From Candidatus Coatesbacteria bacterium (GTDB taxonomy: Bacteria > JAFGND01), in the NCBI GenBank assembly GCA_016927185.1, contig JAFGND010000099.1, positions 1-32,517 on the forward strand: a stretch of 32,517 nucleotides of DNA, in the 5' to 3' direction. Below the pieces are notes generated by a model that was given only the letters and a program-made list of their open reading frames with translations, was not told the origin of the DNA and ran no database searches. Shown here piece by piece: positions 17,841 through 27,164 of the stretch; position 1 is the stretch's first letter; each line of letters starts with the position of its first letter. A program made the translations under genes and the position numbers.

Positions 17841-19154
17841 ATGCTTAGATCTCCTTACTTGTTTATAATAAATTTTATAGCCAATTTAATTTTATGCAGC
17901 ATAAGCTATTATATCAGATTCAAAAGCGGTTTTTTTGAAATAGAAAAATTTCCTCCAGTCTTGTGGCAGTATGCAAATTTGGCTTTTTTCATTTCATTAA
18001 TTACATCTGCTTACATAACAAGGAAGGGACTGAAATTTCCAAAAGGGGTTGGAGAACAGGTTTTCGTTGGGGCATCATTAGGTTTTTTTTCAGCAATAAT
18101 ACTGACTTTCTTTATTAAACCAGACGCATTCTCTAGGATTTTTCTGCTTTTACTTTATCCCTTGCAAATCATCGGATTATCAGTTCTCAATATCAAACTC
18201 AAGCATTATCTTTTCAGCACGAAAAAGCCCAGATGTGCTTTGGTTGGTTCTACTGATTTATCACCTCTTGTTTATGAAAGGTTGAAGCAGAAAGATGCTT
18301 CACTCAATCTTGTTGGCATAATTACATTTGATGCAGTTCCACCAGATGCAAGATTTTTGGGGAATGCAGCAGACTTCAAGGAAATTGCGGGGAAGTGGGA
18401 GATAAAAGAGGTGCTTATAATTTATCCCCCATCAAGCAAGGATGATTTTGAGAGATTGCTTGATGATTGCCAGATATTGAAGATTTCATACCAGCTAATT
18501 CCTGATTCTATATCGATTTTTCTTGCTCATGGACAACCGTATCAATCCAGAGGCGTAGCAATATTGCGTGTTGAACCAAGACTGGATGCAACCGGAGTTT
18601 TCCTGAAGAGGTGCATGGATATAGCTGGTTCAATTTTCGGGATTATAATTTTTTCCCCTTTCATGATTGTAATATCGCTTCTGGTCTGGATTACATCAGG
18701 ATTGCCAGTTTTTTTCAGGCAGGAAAGAGCAGGTCTGGATGAGAAAACATTCACTATATATAAATTCAGGACTATGATTAAGGATGCTGAGAGGGAAGGT
18801 CCGGTGTGGTCTACAAAGGATGATCAAAGACAGACATGGATTGGGAAATTTCTCCGCAAGACAAGTCTTGATGAGATCCCCCAGTTTTTCAATGTATTGA
18901 AAGCTGATATGAGTCTTGTAGGTCCGAGACCTGAACAACCTTATTTTATTGAGAAATTCAAGAAGAGCATTCCAAGATACATTTACAGGCACATGATAAA
19001 AAGCGGAATGACAGGATGGGCTCAGGTAAATGGTCTGCGTGGAGACACTTCAATAGAGGAACGTGTGAGATATGACATTTACTATATCGAAAACTGGTCT
19101 GTTCTTTTTGATTTGAAGATAATAATAAGAACCATCTGGCAGATGCTGAAATAA
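17841..19154 (+). CDS. WcaJ/WbaP-like polyprenyl-phosphate hexose-1-phosphate transferase
   Basis: N-terminal TMs, CoA-binding-like domain, KRCMDI, KFRTM, LRKTSLDEIPQ, MSLVGPRPE, GMTGWAQVNG, YDIYYIENWS; alternative TTG start at 17835. Confidence 0.93.
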   Translation: MLRSPYLFIINFIANLILCSISYYIRFKSGFFEIEKFPPVLWQYANLAFFISLITSAYITRKGLKFPKGVGEQVFVGASLGFFSAIILTFFIKPDAFSRIFLLLLYPLQIIGLSVLNIKLKHYLFSTKKPRCALVGSTDLSPLVYERLKQKDASLNLVGIITFDAVPPDARFLGNAADFKEIAGKWEIKEVLIIYPPSSKDDFERLLDDCQILKISYQLIPDSISIFLAHGQPYQSRGVAILRVEPRLDATGVFLKRCMDIAGSIFGIIIFSPFMIVISLLVWITSGLPVFFRQERAGLDEKTFTIYKFRTMIKDAEREGPVWSTKDDQRQTWIGKFLRKTSLDEIPQFFNVLKADMSLVGPRPEQPYFIEKFKKSIPRYIYRHMIKSGMTGWAQVNGLRGDTSIEERVRYDIYYIENWSVLFDLKIIIRTIWQMLK

Positions 19155-19254
19155 AACTGTCAAAGAAATCAGCTCTAATTCTTAACATAAGAACAGTTAT
19201 GCCATTGGAAAGAAAGCAGCCAAAAAGCAAACTAATACTTCATTAACAAACTTC

Positions 19255-19283
19255 TTGACATTAAATATTATCAATCGTAAAGT
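19255..19283 (+). promoter_or_regulatory. Putative sigma70 promoter for the tandem propeller genes
   Basis: TTGACA-N17-TAAAGT; SD AAGGAGGT before ATG 19332. Confidence 0.7.
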
Positions 19284-19331
19284 GAAATTAATAAAAAAGG
19301 CAGTATCATAATTATACTTAAGGAGGTAATT

Positions 19332-20603
19332 ATGAAAAAGCTTATATTAATAATTTCGTTCTTGATCCCGGATTTGCTTCTCTCAGCTCCTGGAGATTTA
19401 TTATGGAGATATAAAACAGGGAATGCTATTCTCAGTTCACCTTATATCTCGGAAGGAACAGTATATTTCGGAAGTGATGATAATTATCTATATGCACTTA
19501 ATAGTACAGACGGTTCTCTAAAATGGAGATATAATACTACCAATCGCATTTCTTCTTCAGCTAATATCTCGGAAGGAACAGTATATTTTGGGGAATGGAT
19601 ATATCTGAATGCTGTAAGCAGCTCAACAGGAAATTTCATCTGGAGATATCAAACAGGTGACTATATTTACTCAACACCTGAAGTTTCAAGTGGAGCTGTT
19701 TATTTTGGATGTAATGATACTTTCCTCTACACATTAAACTCTTATAACGGTACATTATATGGAAAATACAAAACAGAAGGGTATGTTATATCTTCTCCCC
19801 TGATATCAGATGGTACAGTTTATGTAGGCAGTAATGATAATTACATATATGCAATAAAGATTTCGGATGGACTACTTAAATGGAGGTATAAAACAGGAAA
19901 CTGGATTGTTTCTTCTCCTTGTATTTCGGAGGGAATTGTATTCGTTGGAAGTTGTGATTATTATCTCTATGCAATAAACAGCTCGGATGGTACGCTTAAA
20001 TGGAGATTCAGAACTAATCATGATATTTACTCTTCACCTTGTGTTTCAGATGGGGTAGTTTTTGTTGGAAGCGATGATTTTTATCTTTATGCAATAAATA
20101 CTTCAGGAGGGACTTTTAGATGGGCGTATAAGACAAATGACCGCGTCTTATCCTCTCCTTATGTTTCAGATGGCGTGGTATATGTTGGAGGCTGGGATAC
20201 CTATGTTTATGCAGTAAACAGCTCGGATGGTATTTTGAAATGGAACTATAAAACAGGGAATTCCACCCAATCATCGCCTTCTGTCTCAAATGGAGTTGTT
20301 TATATAGGAAGTAATGATACTTACCTTTATGCAATTGAAACCTATGGTTACAAAGGTTTCAAAGATAACAAATCAGTTTCATATATTCCAGCCAAATCCT
20401 TCTCAGTTTCCCCAAATCCTTTTACTGACAGACTCTCACTCTCACTTCCCACATCAGGAGTAATTTATTCACTTACCGGCCAATTGGTTGTGAAACTGGA
20501 TAAAAGGAAACATTCTCTTGATACATCCAGATGGAGAGAAGGAGTTTATATTGTGAAAGCAGGGAATGAATTCAAGAAGGTGGTGAAGTTTATCAAGCAT
20601 TAA
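19332..20603 (+). CDS. Secreted 8-blade PQQ-like (BamB-type) beta-propeller protein with T9SS-type CTD, paralog 1
   Basis: Signal peptide; eight ~40-aa repeats W.Y.T...SSP.V.DG.VY.GS.D..LYA....G; CTD SPNPF...SLTGQLV...GVYIVK. Confidence 0.88.
   Translation: MKKLILIISFLIPDLLLSAPGDLLWRYKTGNAILSSPYISEGTVYFGSDDNYLYALNSTDGSLKWRYNTTNRISSSANISEGTVYFGEWIYLNAVSSSTGNFIWRYQTGDYIYSTPEVSSGAVYFGCNDTFLYTLNSYNGTLYGKYKTEGYVISSPLISDGTVYVGSNDNYIYAIKISDGLLKWRYKTGNWIVSSPCISEGIVFVGSCDYYLYAINSSDGTLKWRFRTNHDIYSSPCVSDGVVFVGSDDFYLYAINTSGGTFRWAYKTNDRVLSSPYVSDGVVYVGGWDTYVYAVNSSDGILKWNYKTGNSTQSSPSVSNGVVYIGSNDTYLYAIETYGYKGFKDNKSVSYIPAKSFSVSPNPFTDRLSLSLPTSGVIYSLTGQLVVKLDKRKHSLDTSRWREGVYIVKAGNEFKKVVKFIKH
19395..20340 (+). 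repeat. Intragenic tandem ~120-bp degenerate repeats (8 propeller blades)
   Basis: Recurrent AAATGGAG, TCxCCTTxTxTxTCxGAxGG, GGAAGT and TATGCAATAAA elements at ~120-nt spacing. Confidence 0.85.
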
Positions 20604-20614
20604 AGGAGGGTGTT

Positions 20615-21877
20615 TTGAAGATCTTTTTGCTATTCCTGTTTTTATTATTCTCTGGTTCGCTTTTATCAGCTCCAGGAGATATGATTTGGAAGTATAAAAC
20701 AGCTGATTATGTCCAATCTTCACCTTGTGTCTCTGATGGAGTTGTCTATATCGGTAGCAATGATTCCAATCTTTATGCATTAAATATCATAAATGGAACT
20801 TTGAAATGGAAATATACTACTGGAAACTGGATTCAATCATCTCCTTGCATTCATAAAGGAGTGGTTTTTGTTGGAAGTCATGATACCAATCTTTATGCAA
20901 TAAATGCCTTAGATGGAGGCTTGAAATGGAGATATAAGTTAAGTGATAGAGTTTATTCCTCACCTTCTGTCACGGATGGAGTTGTTTTCATAGCAAGTAA
21001 TAATTATCTCTATGCTATATATGCTTCAGACGGAACACTCAAGTGGAGTTATTATACTGCCAGTGGTGTTTATTCATCACCTTGTGTATCAGATGGAATT
21101 GCTTTTGTAGGAAGTTACATGAATATTTACGCGTTGTATAGCGAAGATGGGAGACGTTTATGGTTTTACCATGCGAATGATGAGTTCGTTTCATCCCCTT
21201 GTGTTCTTGACAGAGTAGTATATATAGGATGTCACGATACTTATCTTTATGCAATAAATTCCATGAGTGGGTCAATGAAATGGCGATTTAAAACAATCAA
21301 CTGGGTTGAGTCATCTCCCTGCACTTCAGATGAAACAGTTTTTGTGGGTAGCAAAGATGATTTCTTGTATGCAGTTAGAGTAATTGATGGATCCTTGAAA
21401 TGGAAATATGGAACACAAAATGTGGTTTTTTCGTCACCTTGTGTCTCGGATGGAATTGTCTATGTTGGAAGTTGTGATCATTATCTTTATGCATTTGATG
21501 CTTCTGATGGCACTCTGAAATGGAGATATTTAACTGATAGCTTGATTTTCTCTTCACCATGTGTTTCAAATGGAATGGCATTTATTGGAAGCTGTGATTT
21601 TCATATTCACGCAATAGAGACTTATGGTTATACAAGCTTCAAGGAAACTAAAACAGCTTCTCATATTCCTGATAGAAAATTCTCAGTTTCTCCCAATCCT
21701 TTTACAGAAAGACTTTCGCTTTCACTTCCCTCATCAGGAGCAATTTATTCACTTACCGGACATTTGGTTGCGAAACTGGATAAAGGGAAGCATTCTCTTG
21801 ATACAAGCAGATGGAGAGAAGGGATTTATATTGTGAAGACAGGAAAGAAAGCAAAGAGGATACTGAAGACAAGATAG
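20615..21877 (+). CDS. Secreted 8-blade PQQ-like beta-propeller protein with T9SS-type CTD, paralog 2
   Basis: TTG start with AAGGAGG SD; same LLSAPGD start, eight blades and near-identical CTD as paralog 1. Confidence 0.88.
   Translation: MKIFLLFLFLLFSGSLLSAPGDMIWKYKTADYVQSSPCVSDGVVYIGSNDSNLYALNIINGTLKWKYTTGNWIQSSPCIHKGVVFVGSHDTNLYAINALDGGLKWRYKLSDRVYSSPSVTDGVVFIASNNYLYAIYASDGTLKWSYYTASGVYSSPCVSDGIAFVGSYMNIYALYSEDGRRLWFYHANDEFVSSPCVLDRVVYIGCHDTYLYAINSMSGSMKWRFKTINWVESSPCTSDETVFVGSKDDFLYAVRVIDGSLKWKYGTQNVVFSSPCVSDGIVYVGSCDHYLYAFDASDGTLKWRYLTDSLIFSSPCVSNGMAFIGSCDFHIHAIETYGYTSFKETKTASHIPDRKFSVSPNPFTERLSLSLPSSGAIYSLTGHLVAKLDKGKHSLDTSRWREGIYIVKTGKKAKRILKTR
20678..21620 (+). repeat. Intragenic tandem ~120-bp degenerate repeats (8 propeller blades)
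   Basis: Recurrent TCACCTTGTGT.TC.GATGGA and TTGAAATGG elements. Confidence 0.85.
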
Positions 21878-21939
21878 ACTATTATATAAGAATTCAATCA
21901 AGAAGTGTTAAACAGGACATTAGAATCTATAGTATGAAG

Positions 21940-21969
21940 AAAGCGGGGAAGAATAACTCCCCCGTTTTT
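21940..21969. terminator. Probable bidirectional intrinsic terminator
   Basis: AAAGCGGGG...CCCCGTTTTT inverted repeat between convergent genes. Confidence 0.7.
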
Positions 21970-23044
21970 ATAACATGAAAACTACCTTGCCTGATACTTT
22001 AGGTCTGTCCATCATGAGGGCAAAACCTTTTTCGAATTCATCAAGCGGAAGCTTGTGAGTTACAACTGGTTCTATGTTCAATCTGCCTGAAGCAAGAAGG
22101 TTCTTTACAGTATACCATGTGTCATACATGATTCTTCCATTAATACCCCTGATATCAACTCCCTTGAAAACAATGCCATTATTGTAATCGAAAGGTATCT
22201 GGAGCTTCTTGGCAACACCAAATGCTGAGAAACGCCCACCTTTGCGTACAAGCTTCAATCCAAGTGCTATGCCTTCTTCGGTTCCAACCATATCCAGAAC
22301 TACGTCTGCTCCATATTTGCCATCATAAAATTTGGCCGAAAGAGCGTCTCTTATAGCCTTTTCAACTCCATCCAATCCCAGTTCCTTTTCATTCAAGGCA
22401 AGATCAGCACCCATTTTTTTTGCAATGTCAAGCCTGAAATTGTGTCTTCCTATAGTTGCTACCAATGATGCACCTGCAACTCTTGCCACTCCTGTCGCGA
22501 ACAAGCCTGTTGGACCATCACCGAAGATTATGACACTTTTTCCTACTACTGGTTCAACGCAGACAGTATAGGTAGCATTCCCCAAAGGTTCCTGAACACA
22601 TGCGAATTCAGGTGGAATGCTCTTCTCATTTACCCAGCAAACATCCTCCGGTATTGCTGCATATTCTGCAAAACATCCATCTCCATCAACTCCAAGTATC
22701 ACAAGATTCGAACAGATATGGAATTGCCTGTTGAGACATGGGGGACAATTGAAGCATGGAATATGAGTTTCAGCTGAAATATAATCACCGACCTTTATTC
22801 TTCTTACTGCTGAACCTGTTTCAACAACATCTCCTGCAAATTCATGTCCCATTGTTTGTGGAACATTCCTTATCCTGTTTTCTGCCCATGCATTCCAGTC
22901 ATAAATGGAAACGTCTGTTCCACAGATGGAAGTAGCTCTCACTTTTACAAGTACTTCATGAGGTTTGATTGTTGGAACTGGAACCTGAACTAGTTCAGCT
23001 CCTCTTTCTCTCTTCATTTTCCTGACTGCTTTCATCATTGCCAC
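21968..23044 (-). CDS. tdh: L-threonine 3-dehydrogenase (Zn-dependent MDR)
   Basis: SICGTD, YDWNAWA, GHEFAG, SAETHIPC..C..C.......C, EPLGNA, GINGRIMYDTW, SGKVV; GTG start with AGGAGGT SD. Confidence 0.9.
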   Translation of the reverse strand: MAMMKAVRKMKRERGAELVQVPVPTIKPHEVLVKVRATSICGTDVSIYDWNAWAENRIRNVPQTMGHEFAGDVVETGSAVRRIKVGDYISAETHIPCFNCPPCLNRQFHICSNLVILGVDGDGCFAEYAAIPEDVCWVNEKSIPPEFACVQEPLGNATYTVCVEPVVGKSVIIFGDGPTGLFATGVARVAGASLVATIGRHNFRLDIAKKMGADLALNEKELGLDGVEKAIRDALSAKFYDGKYGADVVLDMVGTEEGIALGLKLVRKGGRFSAFGVAKKLQIPFDYNNGIVFKGVDIRGINGRIMYDTWYTVKNLLASGRLNIEPVVTHKLPLDEFEKGFALMMDRPKVSGKVVFML

Positions 23045-23060
23045 TTTTTTACCTCCTGAT

Positions 23061-26000
23061 TTATTGGGCTATAATGAGTTTGCCAATAGATGTTGCCTCT
23101 CCATTATTCCCCTTTGCCTTCAATTTATAAAAATAAACACCATTTCCTATTGAATCACCTTGCTTATCCCTGCAATTCCAGCTGATTTGATTATAACCGC
23201 TTTTGCCTCTTGCTTTCAGAGTATGGATTGGGCGTCCTTTTATCGTAAGGATAGTTATCTCCAAATCGGAATCATGACTGAGTGAAAAAGTGAAATATGT
23301 ATTATTATTTCTAACTGGATTTGGATAATTAAGGAGTGAGCTGATACTCAGGTTTTGATCAGCTACAGCTTCTAATGTTACCGTGATGTTGGATTCATTA
23401 CCCATTGAATCAAATGCCCTGAGATTTAAGATATGTTTTCCAGGTTCCAGCGAAAGTGAATAGCTGATCTTGCCTTTGGTGAAACTATCAAAATCATATG
23501 AGAAATAATCAGTTATATCATACCTGTTTTGTCTGTTATCATCTATGGTTAGAAGCATCTGCTTTCCTGGGAGTCTTGTTATATTCAATCCTGATGGATC
23601 TTCAAGTATTGCTTCGAGGACAAAATTTGATGACACTTTGTCTCCATCCCTTAAGGTTTGCCCATTTCTTACAAATCTCATTAAAGGTGGAACTGTATCT
23701 GATGGCGATGAATCATTCGTAAGAAGCAGGATACTGTCCTTGAAAGCTGAAGCTTGTTCAATATTCTGAATTCCTGCAACAACTGCCTTGGCTGCAGGAC
23801 CTGGATTTATGCCATATGGAACATAGAATGGAGCAGTGAACTCGCCATTGTTATTCAGGTTTACAAATCCTCTGTATATATTAGTTCTTGGAAGATAATA
23901 ATCAACACTCAGTCCCAGTTCAGTATAATGACGCTTTCTTACTGAATCATATATTTCCAGATATGCGAATCCTGATTGCTTGCCAGGCATATGTCCCTTG
24001 ATTTCATATCTTTTTCCTTCGTACAGAGTATCAGGAATTTGAATAAGAATAAGGTTTGGTTTTGGATAAAGAAGTTTCGTCATAGCATCACCAAAGAAAA
24101 CATAGACTTTTGTGTTATATGAATTTCCAGATTCGTTCTTACCCATAGCAACAAGCTGACACATCGAATTATCATTGCTGGTATTAAAAACATAAGTCAG
24201 AATATTCCTTATCAAACTGAAATTGCCTCCTGACCCAGTTCCTCTTGTTGCTGCCAGCGTGGCAATGCATCCACCATTATCTTTTCTCACCAGTTCACCA
24301 CCAAGAGAGCGTCTAACAAGAAAGTCGAATTCACTAATCTGGCAGGAACCTCCATAGAAAAATGACAATTTATTATTGTTTTGCATTTTTGCAACATCAT
24401 CGAATTTGAAAATCTTTTCATGAGCCATTGCATTTGGGCCACCATGACCAAGATATGTCCATAGAGTAACACCTCTATTGAGTATTTCAAGCAAATCAGC
24501 ATTAGCACCAGGTTTCTGCCCCTGAATAAGCGGATATTCTGTTTCATAGACCTTTCTTATGAAAAATCCTTTTGGAGTATAAATTTCTGCAATTGATTCA
24601 GTATCTTTTGTATGTTCTGTTTCAGCTCTTGTAGAATCTTCCTCACCTGTTTTCTTGAAGTCATCTGCTGTAAAAACGGTAGTATTAGACCAGCTTCCAT
24701 ATTGTTCAAAACCAGTCTTATTATATTGAATAGTCTTCTTTATTATGGTTTTGAGTTCGTCTTCAGTTTCTGCCGGTATTCTTCCGATAGGAACTGTAAG
24801 GAAAGAATATGAGTATTGTTCTGAAGGTTCTATATAACCAAACCAATCATCAAAACAGATAATCTCGGTACCAGCATATCCTGGTTCTTCATAAACCAGT
24901 ATCCTGTTAGGTCTGTCCATCTTCAGATGGTTTTTGTAATTTGCATTTCCGCTTCCACCTAGAAGAATTGCTTGAGGCTTTGTTTTCCAGAAATGATATG
25001 AATACCATGCAAGATTTCTAATCGCAGCTACATCTGGTTTACCCCATCCAAATTCATTGAAAACCTGTTCTGTAGAAACAAGTAATGTCCTGATACCTTT
25101 TTTTGCATAATCATCCACAAGGGGTTTGAAAGAATCCATGAATTCTACTGGAGATATAATTAAATAATCAGCTTGTGAGTCCTTGTTTCTCAAATGAATT
25201 GGATCATATTTACTTATAGAGATAGGGGTTTTGACTTTATCAAGCTCATACGCTATATATTTTTGAGGTTCATACATTATACCCATCGAGTCTGAAAAAG
25301 TTACATTATAAGAAGAACTTCCATCTCTTTTATATTCAATTGAAACTGGATTATTTGGATCAGTTATTCTCCACAGGAAAATGTCTGATGCTGTGAATCC
25401 TGATAATTTCAATTTATACCTGTCGTTTGTCACTATCTTGTCCAGGTAGACTGTTAATCTGTCATGATAGGGCTTGAATTGCCTTGGATAAAACAATTCG
25501 AAATAATGGAAAAAAACTAGTTCCTTGCTTCCTGCATATGGTTTGAAATCAATGATGAAATCGTTCGAGCCTTCAGTAAAATTGCTGCATTTCATTGATA
25601 TCAGGTTTTCCGAATTTGAAAATGTTGTATCTATAAGGCTTTTTCCATTGAAAGTTATCTTCAGCTCATTATCATCTGGGAAGCCTCTAACAAAAGATGG
25701 CGTGTGTCTTGTAAGAAGAACTCTAATAGTTCCAATGCCTGTTGACTCCACTCCACGTAATATGCTTTTATATGTTGAAACATTATAAGATGAATACTGT
25801 CTTATTGTCCACCAGTCATCATATGAGGCTTTATCTCCAATAAAAACATACCATTCTTTTTCCTTGATGGGATAAAGAAAATGATTTTTGGGATAATCAA
25901 TATCAGTGTCCTTAGGTATCCCATCAATTTTGGTTATTCTCTTGCCGTTTTTTCCTCCCCAGGTAAGCCAGTATGCGTTGTCATCCGTATAAAGGTTTTG

Positions 26001-27095
26001 ATAATGCTTATATTGCCATGTTGAGGTAGTACTATTGAATTCCAGCTTGTGTTTCCATGGAGTTTGAGCATAGAAAATGAAATATTCTCCTCTTGATAGT
26101 TTATTGTCACCATTATCTTTTACATATATTGGTATCTCTACCATTCCCTTTTCATCAAGAGTATCATTTGGTACTTGCTTTTCAAGTTCATTACTTGTAC
26201 AAGTATAAATCCTCAGGCTTTTCAAGTCAATCTGATCAACCGGCAATCCTGCATCAATAAGACTGTCATATGTATAGCCATATAAACCTGGTCCGTATCT
26301 TTCTTCACCATCATCGCTCTGGTTGCAGAATTTAATGGTATCTCTTACAGTAATCTTGTACCAGACTGATGAGGTTGAAAAAATATCTTCAGCAGGATTT
26401 CCAGGTTCTATCTTTCTCCAGTCTTTAGATTCTTCGTAGTTAAGCAATATTGTTGAAAGCTGGTTTTCCGCAAATTTGTTTATATACAGGTGGTTACCTG
26501 TTCTTTTATAATTTCCACTGAATGTGACTCTTATATCGACATTCTTATGGAATTCAGCTCTTTTTCCAAGATTGAATTCAACTGGAAAAACAATTAACTG
26601 AACAATTCTCTGCCCATACAAAACCGCATCTCTATATATTTGCACTGTTTTTCCATGCTTGATGTGAGGTATTGGAGGTTTTCCCAAGGGCATTGTATAT
26701 GATTTCGATCTGAAAGGAGAATTGATAACGTTTTCAGAACTGCTTTGATAATTAAGTATTATTTTTGCATCATGAGGTGCAGCAAAACTGATTATTGCAT
26801 AGGGTAAGCCAGGTTCCCCAAACTGCTCTATATTATCCAATCCATCCATTTTTATTTCTGAGTCACCTGGTCCTGTTACCTTGTATCTAGGTGTCTTATT
26901 GAACTTGATGTTAAAACTCAATCCATAAGAAGACGATGAAATAATTTTTATGGAATAAGATTGTTTATCAAATAAATACTTGCTTGATTTAAGATTACCA
27001 ATGTTATATTTATTTATTGGTTTTTTTAAAACAGGTTTTTCCGAATAAAGCAAAGTGATTGCCAGGAGCAATATGAAGAGTTTTCCAATATCCAT
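23061..27095 (-). CDS. PorU-like C25 (gingipain-family) cysteine peptidase/sortase with FlgD/T9SS-type CTD
   Basis: Signal peptide; propeptide (GEPGLP); WYKI, FIFYA, N.YTD.N.YWLT, DYLIISP, VFNEFG.G.PD..AIR, IGRIP, catalytic YLGHGG and GSC..EFD, FGD, LEDPSGLN, L.AFD..GN, NYPNP...NGVYFYKL...KLII. Confidence 0.85.
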   Translation of the reverse strand: MDIGKLFILLLAITLLYSEKPVLKKPINKYNIGNLKSSKYLFDKQSYSIKIISSSSYGLSFNIKFNKTPRYKVTGPGDSEIKMDGLDNIEQFGEPGLPYAIISFAAPHDAKIILNYQSSSENVINSPFRSKSYTMPLGKPPIPHIKHGKTVQIYRDAVLYGQRIVQLIVFPVEFNLGKRAEFHKNVDIRVTFSGNYKRTGNHLYINKFAENQLSTILLNYEESKDWRKIEPGNPAEDIFSTSSVWYKITVRDTIKFCNQSDDGEERYGPGLYGYTYDSLIDAGLPVDQIDLKSLRIYTCTSNELEKQVPNDTLDEKGMVEIPIYVKDNGDNKLSRGEYFIFYAQTPWKHKLEFNSTTSTWQYKHYQNLYTDDNAYWLTWGGKNGKRITKIDGIPKDTDIDYPKNHFLYPIKEKEWYVFIGDKASYDDWWTIRQYSSYNVSTYKSILRGVESTGIGTIRVLLTRHTPSFVRGFPDDNELKITFNGKSLIDTTFSNSENLISMKCSNFTEGSNDFIIDFKPYAGSKELVFFHYFELFYPRQFKPYHDRLTVYLDKIVTNDRYKLKLSGFTASDIFLWRITDPNNPVSIEYKRDGSSSYNVTFSDSMGIMYEPQKYIAYELDKVKTPISISKYDPIHLRNKDSQADYLIISPVEFMDSFKPLVDDYAKKGIRTLLVSTEQVFNEFGWGKPDVAAIRNLAWYSYHFWKTKPQAILLGGSGNANYKNHLKMDRPNRILVYEEPGYAGTEIICFDDWFGYIEPSEQYSYSFLTVPIGRIPAETEDELKTIIKKTIQYNKTGFEQYGSWSNTTVFTADDFKKTGEEDSTRAETEHTKDTESIAEIYTPKGFFIRKVYETEYPLIQGQKPGANADLLEILNRGVTLWTYLGHGGPNAMAHEKIFKFDDVAKMQNNNKLSFFYGGSCQISEFDFLVRRSLGGELVRKDNGGCIATLAATRGTGSGGNFSLIRNILTYVFNTSNDNSMCQLVAMGKNESGNSYNTKVYVFFGDAMTKLLYPKPNLILIQIPDTLYEGKRYEIKGHMPGKQSGFAYLEIYDSVRKRHYTELGLSVDYYLPRTNIYRGFVNLNNNGEFTAPFYVPYGINPGPAAKAVVAGIQNIEQASAFKDSILLLTNDSSPSDTVPPLMRFVRNGQTLRDGDKVSSNFVLEAILEDPSGLNITRLPGKQMLLTIDDNRQNRYDITDYFSYDFDSFTKGKISYSLSLEPGKHILNLRAFDSMGNESNITVTLEAVADQNLSISSLLNYPNPVRNNNTYFTFSLSHDSDLEITILTIKGRPIHTLKARGKSGYNQISWNCRDKQGDSIGNGVYFYKLKAKGNNGEATSIGKLIIAQ

Positions 27096-27164
27096 AAGCC
27101 TCCCTTTATAATAACTTAATTTTAAGTCAAGTAGTAAAAGGTACTGTTATTTTTTTTAACATCT

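Noticed and set aside
19395-21620. CRISPR array or diversity-generating retroelement explanation for the repeats
   Set aside because: Repeats are in-frame, degenerate protein blades; no cas or reverse transcriptase gene and no adenine-specific template/variable pair seen
21968-23044. tdh as the signature enzyme of the BMC (aminoacetone route)
   Set aside because: About 19 kb away on the other strand, no encapsulation peptide, no aminopropanol-pathway genes; ordinary threonine catabolism suffices
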